Source: Xylographa opegraphella (lineage: Eukaryota). From it: a stretch of DNA of 64,000 bases. The stretch is from assembly GCA_022813865.1 (NCBI GenBank), contig JALDZX010000011.1, positions 248,001-312,000 on the forward strand, written 5' to 3'. Within the stretch, counting starts at the first letter, position 1. The number at the start of each line of letters is the position of its first letter. The position numbers and the translations under genes are program-made. The notes under the pieces were generated by a model. That model worked only from the letters and a program-made list of their open reading frames with translations. It ran no database searches and was not told the origin of the DNA. Shown here in pieces: positions 39,175-51,608 of the stretch.

Positions 39175-39581
39175 TTAGCACAAGCCCTTGCAGCACTCGA
39201 AGCACTCGAAGGCCTCGCAGGCACAACATGCGAGACAACTGGCAGTAGAGTCTCGTCAGCGCTTTGTTCGATCAACCGGAAGTCACGGCCACTCACCATC
39301 CACAGCAAACTTCTTCTCCCTCACCTCCTCCGCGGAGAGACATGGACATGGGAGCTTGTGGTCTCTATGGTGGAGCAGGATATATCAGCTTCGTATCCTT
39401 GTGGAATGGCAGTGAGGGTCAAACAGCGACAGACAAGCAAACTCATAAGAACAGCCCTTTCACAGCGTAAACAATCAACAGAAAATATACTCACTGGCTG
39501 CTCAGCGCTTATCGTCTGCGCCTCCAATCCTCCCGCCTCCATCTTCTGCTGCACCGGCATCGGCTGTGTGATTTCAGGCAT
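39175..39581 (-). CDS. 72-aa CYSTM-like cysteine-rich membrane-tail protein with internal LRGG (exons 39581-39495, 39364-39297, 39238-39175)
   Basis: Two GTGAGT...AG introns give MPEITQPMPVQQKMEAGGLEAQTISAEQPRPQAPMSMSLRGGGEGEEVCCGCCLACCACEAFECFECCKGLC*; only the first exon appears in frame in the ORF track. Confidence 0.8.
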
Positions 39582-40267
39582 ATTGAAGTCTTGATAAATC
39601 TCTCTCACTTCCAAAAATCTCTAGATCACTTTTCAATAAGGACGAAGGGAGACTTCAAAGGACGTTTTGGGTATTTTCCGTAACAGGCTGACTAGACAAT
39701 GAGTGACGCGAACAAAGGAGTCTTCTCTCTCTTCAAAAGAAATGAGTTGTTCCACATCACACGCCCAGCATTTAATGCATCCCTAATGCGTCCTGGACCC
39801 TTGCCAAGGATCTGCATCCCACGGCCCGAGCTCCATCGTAAAAAGCTTGATGAGCTTGGCTGCAATAAGCTTAGCACTAGTCTCCGACGCTTCACATTCT
39901 GCGGATCAGATTGCAGGGAGGTCTGTGATTGGCTGTGCGTGCAGAACCGGTGGTACGAGGAGCTGGTGCTCAGCTGAGTGTGTCGTGGCGAGGTGCTGGG
40001 CGGGTGTTTCATTGGTAGCAGGAATGGGTACCGGCATGGAAGGCAGATGGGCCCACGGTGGTGATACGAGGAGAATGTTACTCAGGTTTCGCGTCTTGAT
40101 ACCACGATTCAGCGATCCAGCGACCGGCGAGATCATCGCAAAGCCATCCGCCTACTTTATAACAATTCAAACAGACTTTTCCCCTCCAGCCCGATAGCTG
40201 CGTGATGTAAGTACAGGAAACCTCTCCACGTGTACAATGAATCCCTACCCGCCACCCCCACCACCCC

Positions 40268-41618
40268 CTACAAATCCACCTTCGTCGCCACCATCCCTTC
40301 GGCGAAAAACCCCGTCACCCATAACCACGCCTGCTTCCGCCCCCCATCACCCGGCTCAATCCCCACCAGCAGCGCCGTACTCGCAGTCCTGATGACGTCC
40401 CCATCGTCCTGGAACAACAGCCTCCGCTCACGGCCCTCGGCGAGAAACCACACGCTGACAGGGTCGCGCGCATGCGCATCCGCCTCGCGCGGGCCGAGAG
40501 TGTGTGCGAGCGGCAGCCCGGCGAGGACGTAGCCGCTAGCATCGTCGGCGGCACCGGGGGCGGAGGCGTACGGGTCGGTGTAGTAGGAGGGGTTGTCGAT
40601 GGTGCAGGGCAGTTGGATGGAGGACTGGATGCGGAGGGCGTGGCCCGCCGGGTCGGCCGGGTCGGTAGCGGCGTGGAGGAGCACGCCCGGCGCGGCGCGC
40701 ACGATTAGGATGTCGGAGGCGTTGCGGCCGTGGCCGAGGCCGTTGGGGTTGTTGATGCCGGGCAGAGCGATGGTGGCGGTGACGCCGGCTGAGGGGGAGG
40801 CGGACAGGGTGAGGCTGTCGACGGATACGTGCACGATTTCGGACCAGGGCGCGAGGTGCTCGCCGGCGATGGTCTCGATGGCGCGCAGGGTGCCTTCGCG
40901 GTAGAAGTGGTCGTTGGTGATGTAGAAGGTCGAGGGCCCGGTGGCGTAGATGTCGTTCGGGGTGCGGATGAGAGGGTCGCGCACGGAGCGGAGGTGAGTA
41001 GCAGTGAGCGTGCCGATCGTGTGGCGGAAAATTTCGATTTGGGAGCGGGCTTTCGGGGTCGAGGACGCGGGGGTGGGGGCGTCGTAGTAGGCGGGGTTCG
41101 GGAGGTGGTTGATGGCGAAGATGTAGACCGTGTCTGGGGCGGAGGGCGCGGAGTAGATGTCGATGCCGTGGGTGACGAACGGGCCGGAGAAACGCTCGAG
41201 GGTGAGGCGCGAGGACGTGAACGTCTGCGGGGCTTGTTATCAACATGGGAGGAAAGGTTCTCAACATCGACCAGCGCGAACCTACCTTTGGGTCAATCAC
41301 GAACAGCCCGCCTTGACTGTCAGCAGCGGCTTTTGGGTCTCGGAAATTCCCTTCCGGCGACGCCGGGAACCATGAGAACCGTTCGGCCGAACGGCCTTGG
41401 CAAGCTGCGAAAAGCAGACCGGATGGCAGATGGTAGTGCAGGTCTTCGCATTGGACCGTGTTCGGGATGACCCTCAAGTCTTCACCATGGATATTCCGAA
41501 TCGACGCTTGAGAGCGCGTGTAGCCGAGAACTTCTGCGCGGAGCTTGATGGGGTTGTACAGCAGCGCTGCAAGGGCAGCAAGCGTGACGAAGAACGCAGG
41601 CAGTGTGATCGGAGCCAT
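40268..41618 (-). CDS. Paraoxonase/arylesterase-like six-bladed beta-propeller, one intron near 41227-41286
   Basis: N-terminal anchor; CEDLHYH, THGIDI, IRTPNDI, FYITNDH, NPNGL, IDNPS motifs. Confidence 0.88.
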
Positions 41619-42118
41619 TGTGTTGACAGCGCGCAGGATCACGAAAAGTGCCGATAGTGTGGTTGCACGAGAAGATGAAAGGCGCAGATTTTTTAGCGGT
41701 ATCTCTACATGTTGCTTTATAGGTACGAATCCTGAGTGAGGTAGGTAATGGTACTAAGGGTTTTTATGAATGCCCTAATTAGTAAGTGCTTGTGCAGGAT
41801 GGTTTGTGTGAGGTGAGGACAAGAAATGACTTGGGGCGGGAATTAAAATTAGTGCCGGAGGTTAAAGCGAGAATTCATAAGGTATAGGTTTGTATGCAAA
41901 CCTGTCGATTTTGAGATATACGACGTTCACTGTCAGCCAAAGGCTCCCGACGAGAAAGGCACTACGGATCGAATGATGATGAATACAGCTATGAAGGCTG
42001 TATTCCGTGACCATGGAACGAGTGACTGAAATCTGTGGAATATAGAGTACAAGTATACTGACACAAACAATGTATGTTGGTATCCAATTGTGAAGACTAA
42101 TTACAGACAGCAGCACCG

Positions 42119-43831
42119 CTAGTACTTAATTTCCTGGCTGGCGCGCCGAATACTTTCTCGTCGCTCGCCCAAGATATCAACAGCCGCCACATCACCAAAA
42201 TTCTTTTCATCCATAGAGCTGCCTTCACCCTTCCTCTCAATATCAGAGCCATATTCCAGAGGCTCATGGCCGAAGATGGTTGTGCTCGACAAAGAATCCT
42301 TTGCTGGGAATACCAAGCTGAACCCAGTGTACAAAATGATCGATACAACGAACCCGAAAAGCCAGTCGAATGAGTAAAGATTGATAACGCCTTGGCTGAT
42401 GTATGTACCGGTTGGATTGATAGAGTAAGCCAGGCCTGGTAGAAGAGGTCCAACAGAGATGAGGAACGCAACTGCAGCTCGCCAATTGACCCCGCCGGCG
42501 TACCGATATCGCCCGTACGGGTTGTAGAGTGCCGGAACGTCAATATTTTGCTTCTTCACCAGCCAGTAATCCGATGCGAGGATGCCAGCGATTGGCGCAA
42601 GGAAAACGGCATATCCGCCCATGAAGGCCAGGAACGTCTCTGCGGATGCCAGAATTTTCCAGGGGACAATGACCCATCCACCCACAATGGCGGCGATGAT
42701 ACACCCCCGCTTGATGTTGACAAAGCGGGGAAACATGACGGTCAAATCGTTGGCGGCTGAAATCGAGTTCGCAGTAATATTGGTGCCTACCTGAGCGATG
42801 TACCAGCTCAGTGCGGCGAAAAAAGCTGCAGCGCGACCCCCGGCACCTCCGTCGAGCCACATTGTCACGATGTCCAGCGGATTCCAAAGGTATTTGCCGT
42901 AGAGGACGTACGATGCCGAGGTTGTGACAATACCAAGGACTCCACACGCAGTGAAGATCAGCGGGAGGAAGGGCAACTGGATGTACTGTCCCTCCGACTT
43001 TCGGGCATATCTTGAAAAGTCGGGAATGTTGCACGCAAGGGTGGCCCAACTGCCGGTGACCGAAGACATACAGCTGAGCCAGAGGAAGGCTTTGGTGCTT
43101 CCCGTGACAGTTTCAGGGAGATTGAAGAGTTCGCCACCACCACCAGCCTTGTGTACGATCCAGCCCAACGTTGCGACCGCAGTGATAGGAGCGGCAACAA
43201 GCTTGACGGCGAACAGGTAACGCAGCTTCGTCGGCGGTATCAGGAGTAAAGGCAATTGGATAATCCAGAAGAGGAAATAGCTTATCATGCCTTGAGTTGT
43301 GATGCCGGCAGACGGAGGTAGGTTGTTAGGAATATTGTTGTATGAGGGTGCCCATGCGAGCAGCATGATGGTGATACATTGGGCCCCGTTTGCGCCCTGG
43401 ATGCCCAGCCAAAACATCGCGAGAATCGACCGGGAGACGATGCAGAAGTAAGCAAGATAGTAACCGAAGCTGGAGCGGATAATGACCGAGAATGGAATGT
43501 GTAGTCGTGCTCCGATGGCGCCGTTTAGGACCATCGGGACCGCCACGCAGAAGGTGCCGACGACCATGACTGGAATGGCATCATGCCAGTTGAGACCGAC
43601 GGCAATGACGCTCGAGGCTGTTTCCCACGTGCCCAGGTTGATGGTGTCTGTCGCCCAATACGCCATCCAGGTCCAGATGGTCCAAGTCTGATTTTCCACC
43701 GGTACTGGGTCCATGTCGGCGTTCGTCCATACCTCAGGGGGCGCCAGGGCCGAGGTCTGCTTGGGCAGCTCCCATGCCTTGACTGTGGTCAGGCGCTTCT
43801 TCACCGTGCTTCCACTTGGGATGTACTTCAT
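42119..43831 (-). CDS. NCS1 (Fur4/Dal4-like) nucleobase/allantoin permease
   Basis: WTNADMDPVP, GARLHIPFSVIIRSSFG, NIPDFSRYA, NITANSISAANDL, VPWKILASA, DYWLVKK, GVNWRA; about 12 TM segments. Confidence 0.93.
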   Translation of the reverse strand: MKYIPSGSTVKKRLTTVKAWELPKQTSALAPPEVWTNADMDPVPVENQTWTIWTWMAYWATDTINLGTWETASSVIAVGLNWHDAIPVMVVGTFCVAVPMVLNGAIGARLHIPFSVIIRSSFGYYLAYFCIVSRSILAMFWLGIQGANGAQCITIMLLAWAPSYNNIPNNLPPSAGITTQGMISYFLFWIIQLPLLLIPPTKLRYLFAVKLVAAPITAVATLGWIVHKAGGGGELFNLPETVTGSTKAFLWLSCMSSVTGSWATLACNIPDFSRYARKSEGQYIQLPFLPLIFTACGVLGIVTTSASYVLYGKYLWNPLDIVTMWLDGGAGGRAAAFFAALSWYIAQVGTNITANSISAANDLTVMFPRFVNIKRGCIIAAIVGGWVIVPWKILASAETFLAFMGGYAVFLAPIAGILASDYWLVKKQNIDVPALYNPYGRYRYAGGVNWRAAVAFLISVGPLLPGLAYSINPTGTYISQGVINLYSFDWLFGFVVSIILYTGFSLVFPAKDSLSSTTIFGHEPLEYGSDIERKGEGSSMDEKNFGDVAAVDILGERRESIRRASQEIKY

Positions 43832-45482
43832 GGTGGGCGGTGGATTGAGTACCGCAGCGAGAAGGTACTCGACGGAGTCGGCGTTGACAAAGGTTGGTGC
43901 GAGGTCGTGCTGATGGAAGTTGAGGAGCGGGGCCGGGTGAGAGCTTTGTAGTCGCAGCACAGGATATCTGGGAAGCGCAGATCTATCGCCGAAGTTCTCC
44001 CCGACCGATAAGGCATTTTGCGAGATAGCCGATGGCGGAGATATGTTTCTAGGCCCCTCATTCGAGAAATCCGCACACGACTGTTTCCCGCTGGCGTTCG
44101 TGCACTGGCCCGTCCACGAGGTAACTGGATCCGACGAAGCGCTGAGCGACGTCGGCTCAGCGAATGAGAAGCGGGCGACTTATCATCGTGTAGGCGAGAC
44201 CCTACGCAATAGCGCTCCGCGTCGTACCTAATTGCTTCCCACCAGCCCCATGCCCGGCCTGATCCGCCCGAACATGGAGCGGATCTGCGCGGTAGCGTGG
44301 GTGAAGCTGACGGACATGACTTCCACCGTCCAGATCTCATGGTCCAGATGTGACATCCATCTCGATATCGAACAAGAATGCTGCTGGGACGGACAGATTA
44401 CTCCACAAGCATGGGAAGAAACGCCGAGCAGAACTCTCGAATGGGAGCCCACGATCAGCACGCGCCATACTTCACGCAGCATCGTCTGCTCTGCCACGTA
44501 GAAGTAGAAAAACGTAAAATTCAAGACCCTCGATATGTTGTTCGAGTTCGAGGGCCAATTGGTGTCTGGGTGCGAATTCCCTTGGGTCGTGGTAGTTGCG
44601 CCATCTGCATGTTGCCGCTGGGTGCCGGCTCATGGAGAGGACGGTGGGGATGCGGGTACATATTGATGTAGCTACCCAATTAGCCAAGGTAGGTACTTAC
44701 TAGGTACGGAAGTACTCTGTACTAAAAAACTTACAACACAGTCTGGTTATTCTCTATCCCTATTCTTGATGAATGCTGATCTATTGGTCCGTGGACGAAT
44801 CTTCTCGCCTAGTACCGCTAGTCTTCAACAGGACTAGAGTCGTCAGTATTCACACTGTCGAATCCCATAAGGGGCACAAACATGTTGGAAGAGGCTGACA
44901 TGGGGCTCATCCATCCTTCGAGGTATTTCCATAGCAGGAGCTACGCCACCAACTCGACGGAGATTCCTCGTTCCCGACGGCTCTCGCTCACAATTGCTTG
45001 CTCCGGCAACATGAGGGGTTCCCTTCGTAGTTCTTTGATGCGGGATCAGTGTTAGAACGGGACAGCCGTAGTCGGCCGAATACTCACCTTCGCAATACTG
45101 CTGCCACGGCCGGAACCAGGCGTCTCCGTCCCATCCCAGTGCTGATGCTGCGTTCGATTGTGTTTCAGATGAATCAATCCTACCATCTTTTACTACTAAT
45201 AAAACATGCGGTCGTTGGCTTCGGCATTCTCGCAAGGCTTACGTGAGGATGTAAGAGGCAGGGCAATCCTGAGCATTCTAAGCATGCTCATCCGGACCAC
45301 CTCCATGGTCTGAAACAGCTCTGATCATGGGAGGCGCATAAAGGTGAAGGCGTGTCCACAGATTTCTTTTCCCTCTTCAACTGCTTCATATTTCACTATA
45401 CTATTCTATACTACATCTATTAATTCGATTGACTTGAACCTCCTTTCAGCTTTTACGGCACAAGCACCTGCATCTTGACATC

Positions 45483-46280
45483 ATGAAGACCTCGGCATCT
45501 CTCCTGGTCTCCCTCATCGCCCTCACCACCTCCGTCGTCGGTCAAGAATTTGCGGACGAGGGCATCTACGCCCGAGAGGCCCAGCCATATGCCGCCCTCT
45601 ACGATGAGGCCATGGACCTGTATGCTCGGGACTTGCTCGAGAGCGATTGGCTGGGTGAGCGAGACCTCATCGACGAGAGAGACATTGGGGACTATGGTGG
45701 TCTCGGGAAGAGAGAGCTGGATTTTGGTTTGGATGGCTTGACGGAAAGAGACCTGGAGGACTTCGGCATAGTTGCTCGTGATGCCAGAAGGAAGTATGAT
45801 GAGGAGGAAGAGGACGAGGAGGAGCACGAACGCCGACCAAAAAAGAAGCATGGTCTCAAGGGGAAGGGCCATAAATCCAAACACGGATCAGGAAGGCATC
45901 ACTTGAATCTCAAGGGTTTCGGCAAGCATTTGAAGCACAAGAGCCATCACGGTGCTGGAAGGCATGGGAAGGGCCACAGTCGACACCGACATGGAAAGAG
46001 CCATAAATCCAAATTTGGCAAGCACTCGAAGCACGGCAGTAAGACGCATGATCGCAAGAAACATCATAGCAAAAGGCCGAAGCATCATGAGGAGGAGAGC
46101 CATCATGAAGAATCTCGCCACGATGAGAGAGATCTGATCGACGAGCGTGATCTGGACAGCTTGATTGAGCGTGACTTGGACGGCCTGTCTGAGCGTGATT
46201 TGGAGGGTCTGCTTGATGAGCGTGACTTGGGCGTCCTTGGTGAACGTGACCTAGAGGGCGAATGGGAGTCGGTCTTGTAG
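45483..46280 (+). CDS. Secreted repeat precursor: acidic (E/A)R-DL repeats flanking a His/Lys/Gly-rich core (265 aa)
   Basis: Signal peptide MKTSASLLVSLIALTTSVVG; about 13 R|D/E repeat junctions; pyrimidine-rich 5' leader. Confidence 0.85.
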   Translation: MKTSASLLVSLIALTTSVVGQEFADEGIYAREAQPYAALYDEAMDLYARDLLESDWLGERDLIDERDIGDYGGLGKRELDFGLDGLTERDLEDFGIVARDARRKYDEEEEDEEEHERRPKKKHGLKGKGHKSKHGSGRHHLNLKGFGKHLKHKSHHGAGRHGKGHSRHRHGKSHKSKFGKHSKHGSKTHDRKKHHSKRPKHHEEESHHEESRHDERDLIDERDLDSLIERDLDGLSERDLEGLLDERDLGVLGERDLEGEWESVL

Positions 46281-49200
46281 GATCAGAGGGGTCGCTGGAG
46301 ACCACCGGCAACAGAGAGAGTGCACACGCATAGTATTGGCGCTAACTAGGAGAGATGGTCTTTGTATCCAGGCTTGGATGGATGGCGTGACTTTTTCCTT
46401 GTTCAACAATCTTTCTTGGCTGCAAGGCAGAAGGCATTTCGTAGGTGTCTTCACTGTTCTCATGGAGTGATCGATATACAACAGCGCAAGTGCGAATCAT
46501 ACATAGACAATCAAAATCTGTTTGTCTTACGAGCGTCCCATTGTGAATGGTTCATCAACCCAGTAGGGACATGCTTTCTGGATTGTTTGCTATGTTAATA
46601 CTGAACCTAGTGAATGGGACCCCCTCTCCGTTAATCGGATCCTGAAGGTTCGCCACCGATCAACGGAAAGCTCATGAGTCAGTCAGATCAGTTCTCTCTT
46701 TGGCTCCCACCCTTCTCCTTCATCCACCTATCGCTATTATACACTCATCCCACAATGGAATACTTTAACATGTATCGTCTCAATAATGAATCGAGATCCA
46801 GTCGACTGTTGCAGATCGCTTCTGTAATCTCGACACTATTGTCTTCCAATATTTCCCCCCTGCTTCCGCTTATCCCGTCGTGTATGGCGAGCTCGAGGAA
46901 CAGCAAATGCTCTATTGCCTGACATCATAAGCATGATTCGGGGTATTCTTTCCCGATGCCTGCGTGTACTGTATTTCGGGATCACTCGCTCTGCTCCAAT
47001 CTATCTACGAGCGTTTGGGACTCCACATTTTCTCTGCTGATCTTGCCCCGAAATGCACCTTCGCACTCTGCTTATCTACGAAGGTGATTCTTGATTTTCT
47101 TACAACCTCGAGCGAAACACCTTCCGCTTTGCTTGCTATTTCTTTCTTAGTCCCCCCGAGCTGTCATCGTCATCGTGGGCTACTTTTTGAATTCTGGTGA
47201 ACAGGTGCTTGAGCGTCTATTAATTGTTGATAAGGTGCGTTGCATGTGTGACACATATATATGAACCAGTTTTAGGTGATTCATCTTGTCATCTGTACCA
47301 AGCAATACGTACATGGATGCTTCTTTCTTTCTATGAGCGATCGAGATGGCGACGCCGAAGTGGACTTTCAAACGCCGATCCGAACAGCAACCGAAAAGAG
47401 GTTGAATGCACAACTATGTCTCGCACACACCTGCCGGCATGCTCTTGTGATGGGTCAAAGCTTTTCCACACACTGAACCGCATGTAAGACGAAATTCGTG
47501 GCCAAGTCAGGACAAAACACAGAGTTCTCTGATGCCACGCCACGAGGAATTTCGCATATCCCGACAGCCCCTTTTATAGGTCTTAACAACAAGAATGGAG
47601 CGGAGGATAGCTTCTGACAAGCGATAGGACGACTGAAGACACTTTCGAAGGTCGAGGTTACAAGGGTAGCCAGATGAGATTTCACGAATCACCGAAGTAG
47701 AGAGCCACCATCGTGGTGGCAAATTTGGGAGTGATCAGGCCAGAGCGGACAGTAACCTAGAAATGGTTCGGAAAGCCGTGCGATTTGGACCACCAAGCTG
47801 CTAAAATCACGATAAAGATGTCAAGACAATGAGCCATGCCAGCCAGTTCGCACTAGCGTGCGGTGCATAGCAGTCTTGTATTTCAAGACACTTCCGGCAA
47901 GGGGCTACATATATAATTCAGGAGCTCTTTCACTTTCATCTTCTTATCCACGTTGCTTCCTCTTTTAACTATAGCAGTCAGCACTACTCAACGGTACCTC
48001 GAGCATGCAACAAACAATCGTGTGACATTGCCTGAAGAAGATCAGGGTATCAAGCGAAGAGTGAACTTGGCTTTTTTTGAAGGCAGTCGCCAGATTCAAG
48101 AATGATATCGAATGCACTATATCAATCTCAAATCCCCATACCAATGCGGGCGGCTTCACGCATTCGCACGCCCTTTATTTCGACAATGCGTTTATGTTAT
48201 CCGAGGCGGGAGTCCCTCATACCATTGGCCGTGCTATACTCGCCTCTCTCGATCTCCGAAATTCCAAAAACCTACTCGTGGAGAGACCTTCAGTGGTAGC
48301 TGTGTTATGAAGACCACATCTGACAACTCACGTTCGTGTCATTTCACGGTGGGGAGGCGATGTAGTTGGTCAATCTGCATGTAACAGGATACTGTCGAAG
48401 CATCTGGGAGCAGACCGGGCTTCATGATACCAGTATAACCGGACTGTAAGGTGCAGGCTCCGAACGGCTTTCGGTCTACCTGCCCCCAGCTACTCGATGC
48501 GTAGCTTCCCATTCGGGAAGCTCTATTATTGTGTTGTCGAGAACCTCCTGACCCTCATCTTCTTCTTAGATTGAGTCGATCAATTATCTGCCTCTGTACT
48601 CCAAGCCTTAGACCTTGTCCCTTATACGCTGAGTCCTACTATATATTCCGCTTAGCCACACAAGCATAAGCATTTTTGAGCTTTCTTAACTACTTTTACC
48701 GCCATATGTTATTTCAAGCAAAATTTATTTATTTATACATACTTAAACGTCCGCTGCATCACTCACAGGGGTTCCAGATAATACGAGCTCTACAGAAAAC
48801 GAGGTCGACGATAGTGAAATCGATCAGACTACCCATCAGAACTCTGACCATATCTATAGAGACACAACGTCCAAACTTGTGAGATAATGTTAGACCTTCG
48901 ACCATAATCCCAATATCGGATCAAAACCAGATCGTGGGTCTCACCTAAGAAATACTGTCTACCATGGTAGCCGCTGCTGTGGCTACTGTGATTGCAAATC
49001 AAGTGGTCACACATTGATGCTAAATTGGTAGGCACCGAGCCAGTATGGATTCGGGATTGGTACACTTCTATTGCTTACTGGAAGGCGAAACGCCACATCG
49101 ACACTTAGGAGCTATGCCCGAAACACGAAACGTTAGCCGAACAGAAACTGCCCTGACGTATTGACAATGGTCAGCGTCAATCCTCGGGCTTTTGACAGTC

Positions 49201-51608
49201 ATGACACCATATAAGTCCGGACTTGGTTGACCCAGAGAACCTCCGCCCCTAACTCTATGCTAGTATACGGCTGTCTATAGGCGACTATATATTAATAAGA
49301 ATAGCGGTATATTTAAGGGAGAACCTCCGTTGACATATGACAAGAATTATTATCCCGTGGATTCCTAAATCTATACGCATTGGGCAGGGAGAGCATTTTA
49401 TATATGCATAGTTAAGGTCTTCCAACAATTCAATACAGAAACCAAATGTACGCAGTGTCAGAAACCGGTCCGGGAGTACCACTACAATCGCCCTGTGCAG
49501 ACCGAAGCCTGATACAGCAAGTTCCGTGCTGACACCCTGAAGCCGAAGCTTCTGGAAATCTCAGGAACGCCTTTTGAAGCAAGTGCGAAGGTCACAAGAT
49601 TCCTGGAAGTTCGCTGCCTCTTCTGAAAATGGATGGAACGGCTCGCAGCCTGGCAACGAGGGAGTTACTGCTGCTCTCCGGACCGGGACATCAGATCTAC
49701 GATGCGCCTTGCAGTATACCAGTAAGTGTACAGTTCCGGACACCGAGCGGCCAGAAGCAGAAACTTAGCATATGGCTTGACTAACATCATCCGTACGGTG
49801 TTCCCTTGGTATGTACAGGTAGGTAAGAGCGGACGAGAAACACTAGTTGGTCCTGTCGGAAACATGACCAGACCTCACTACGACTTCATCGCAAGTTGTG
49901 TTGGGGCCTTCCGAGTCCTCGGAACGTCTTCAGCGCATCCCCTATAACGGCTCTTGCAACTCGACTACCGACCAGCGGGCCATATGTTCCGGCCCGCACG
50001 ACTTTGGAATGCCCTCAGATAAGCATACTATCGGCGATTGTGCGATCGCGGCAGTGTTCGAGGATGCAAACCTAATCGTCCGCAACATTTACGAGGCTGG
50101 ACATGGTCGTTCGCCTGCCAATAGGTAGACGAGCAAATGAAGGAGGTGGGATAAGGTCTATGGTCGTTCGGATAGGGTACTTTACCAGGTCGCCGGGCGC
50201 TCGAGTGACTTTGGGATATCGATCTCGGGCTCCTCTGGCTTCCCTGCACCAATGCAGTCGACCACCGGATCGACAGGGCCATTGGAGGTTGCAAGAACGA
50301 TGTATTGAAGATTGGGAACTATATGGGCCGCGAGGAAAGGTAGTGATTGGAAACAGGAACTCCGGTGTACACGGGTTGGTTAGTATAATTTCTATAGTAG
50401 ATCTGTGATAAGTGTGTGGTTGTCGTTCCACGTCGCGGACTCGATTCGTTATCTGGTGAGATGGAAGTGTTATACGGCCCGGAGTTCGACATGTGGACGA
50501 CAGCTCGCCAGACGGAGAATGCAACGAGATCAGATGCGAGAGTACATGTCTCGGATGAACGACTGTTATAATAAAGCCGTTAATGGCTGGAGATACTAGA
50601 CATTGGCGAACGGTATATGTTATCTACTTTGCTCAGTTACCATGCCTGTACTTTTGCAGCGGGGACGCTGCCTTGTTTTCCTTTTTGCAGCGCAGATTAA
50701 TACGCTCTGTCTGCGAGACGGGATACTGCCCGCCATCTGCTCTTGCTGCATTAGCTTCGCTTAGGCCATATACCTACGTAGTGCCTACCTTATATGATAA
50801 GGTAGGGCCCGCTCCCATTGCATACCTCAGAGATCATTTTCTGGTTTCACGAACGGCTCACTAGAACGTGACATGGTGGTGGTAGAGCGGTTTGGATGAG
50901 ATTTCGTAAGTGGTGGTGGTGTGAGCGAGGGGTGGAAAGTGTGATTTAGCTATTCGTGATGGGGTTATGTTAATATATCTACGAACATCGTGGAATCTGA
51001 CTGCCTTCCTGCCATTGATAGATTACCGCCTAATAATGGACGGTTGACGGGCGCGCTCCGGGTTTGGTTCGCCTGTACGGAGTAGATGTCATGGTCCTAG
51101 TAGCTACTGCATATATCCCGCGTATTCCTCCACCGGGTGCTCGCCTTGTAATCCTCAGCTTTAGGCATATCGGTCGCTTCGTAGTTCTCGACATGGGGGT
51201 ATAGGGTACTGGTGTAACGACCGCGTGTCTCGCTGTGAACAAGCCAGTGGTGTGTTGAAACATCAGCACCGGTTCCTTGGGAGGGAGATGATGCTGCTGA
51301 GGCAAGAAGCGTCTGCAGAATATCTGGAGAAGTCTTTCGCAGGCTAAATCTGCTGGGGAAGGTTTATATACGAATGAAGGGAGTTGGCTTTACGGTCGTA
51401 TCGGAGTGGAATAGAGGGTTAGCCTCCGGCGGTGATTAGTGTTTACGACACGCCTGAAGCATACACATGATTACCGCCAAGCGAGTGCGGAAGAGAAACA
51501 ATTCTATTTGCAATTAGGTATGATGATAGCTCGCTAATGCCCTTGGTTTTTTGTGTCGTCCGTAACATTGCTTCAGTGGCAATAAACATCACGATGTAAG
51601 CTCGACCT

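Noticed and set aside
40536..41470. Long Arg/Pro/His-rich alternative-frame and antisense ORFs over the paraoxonase gene (likewise 55846-56808)
   Set aside because: By-products of extreme GC3 in the real gene
43832..44700. Possible TPP riboswitch or uORFs upstream of the NCS1 permease
   Set aside because: No TPP aptamer core found by eye; only scattered GATA sites, too short to call
48503..48522. Hairpin AGCTTCCC-ATTC-GGGAAGCT as a Helitron 3' end
   Set aside because: No properly spaced CTRR terminus or other element features; an 8-bp stem can arise by chance
49574..50408. Fragments resembling a decayed small secreted protein gene (GDCAIA..., EGGG...VVRIG)
   Set aside because: Frames are discontinuous, no signal peptide, similarity only impressionistic
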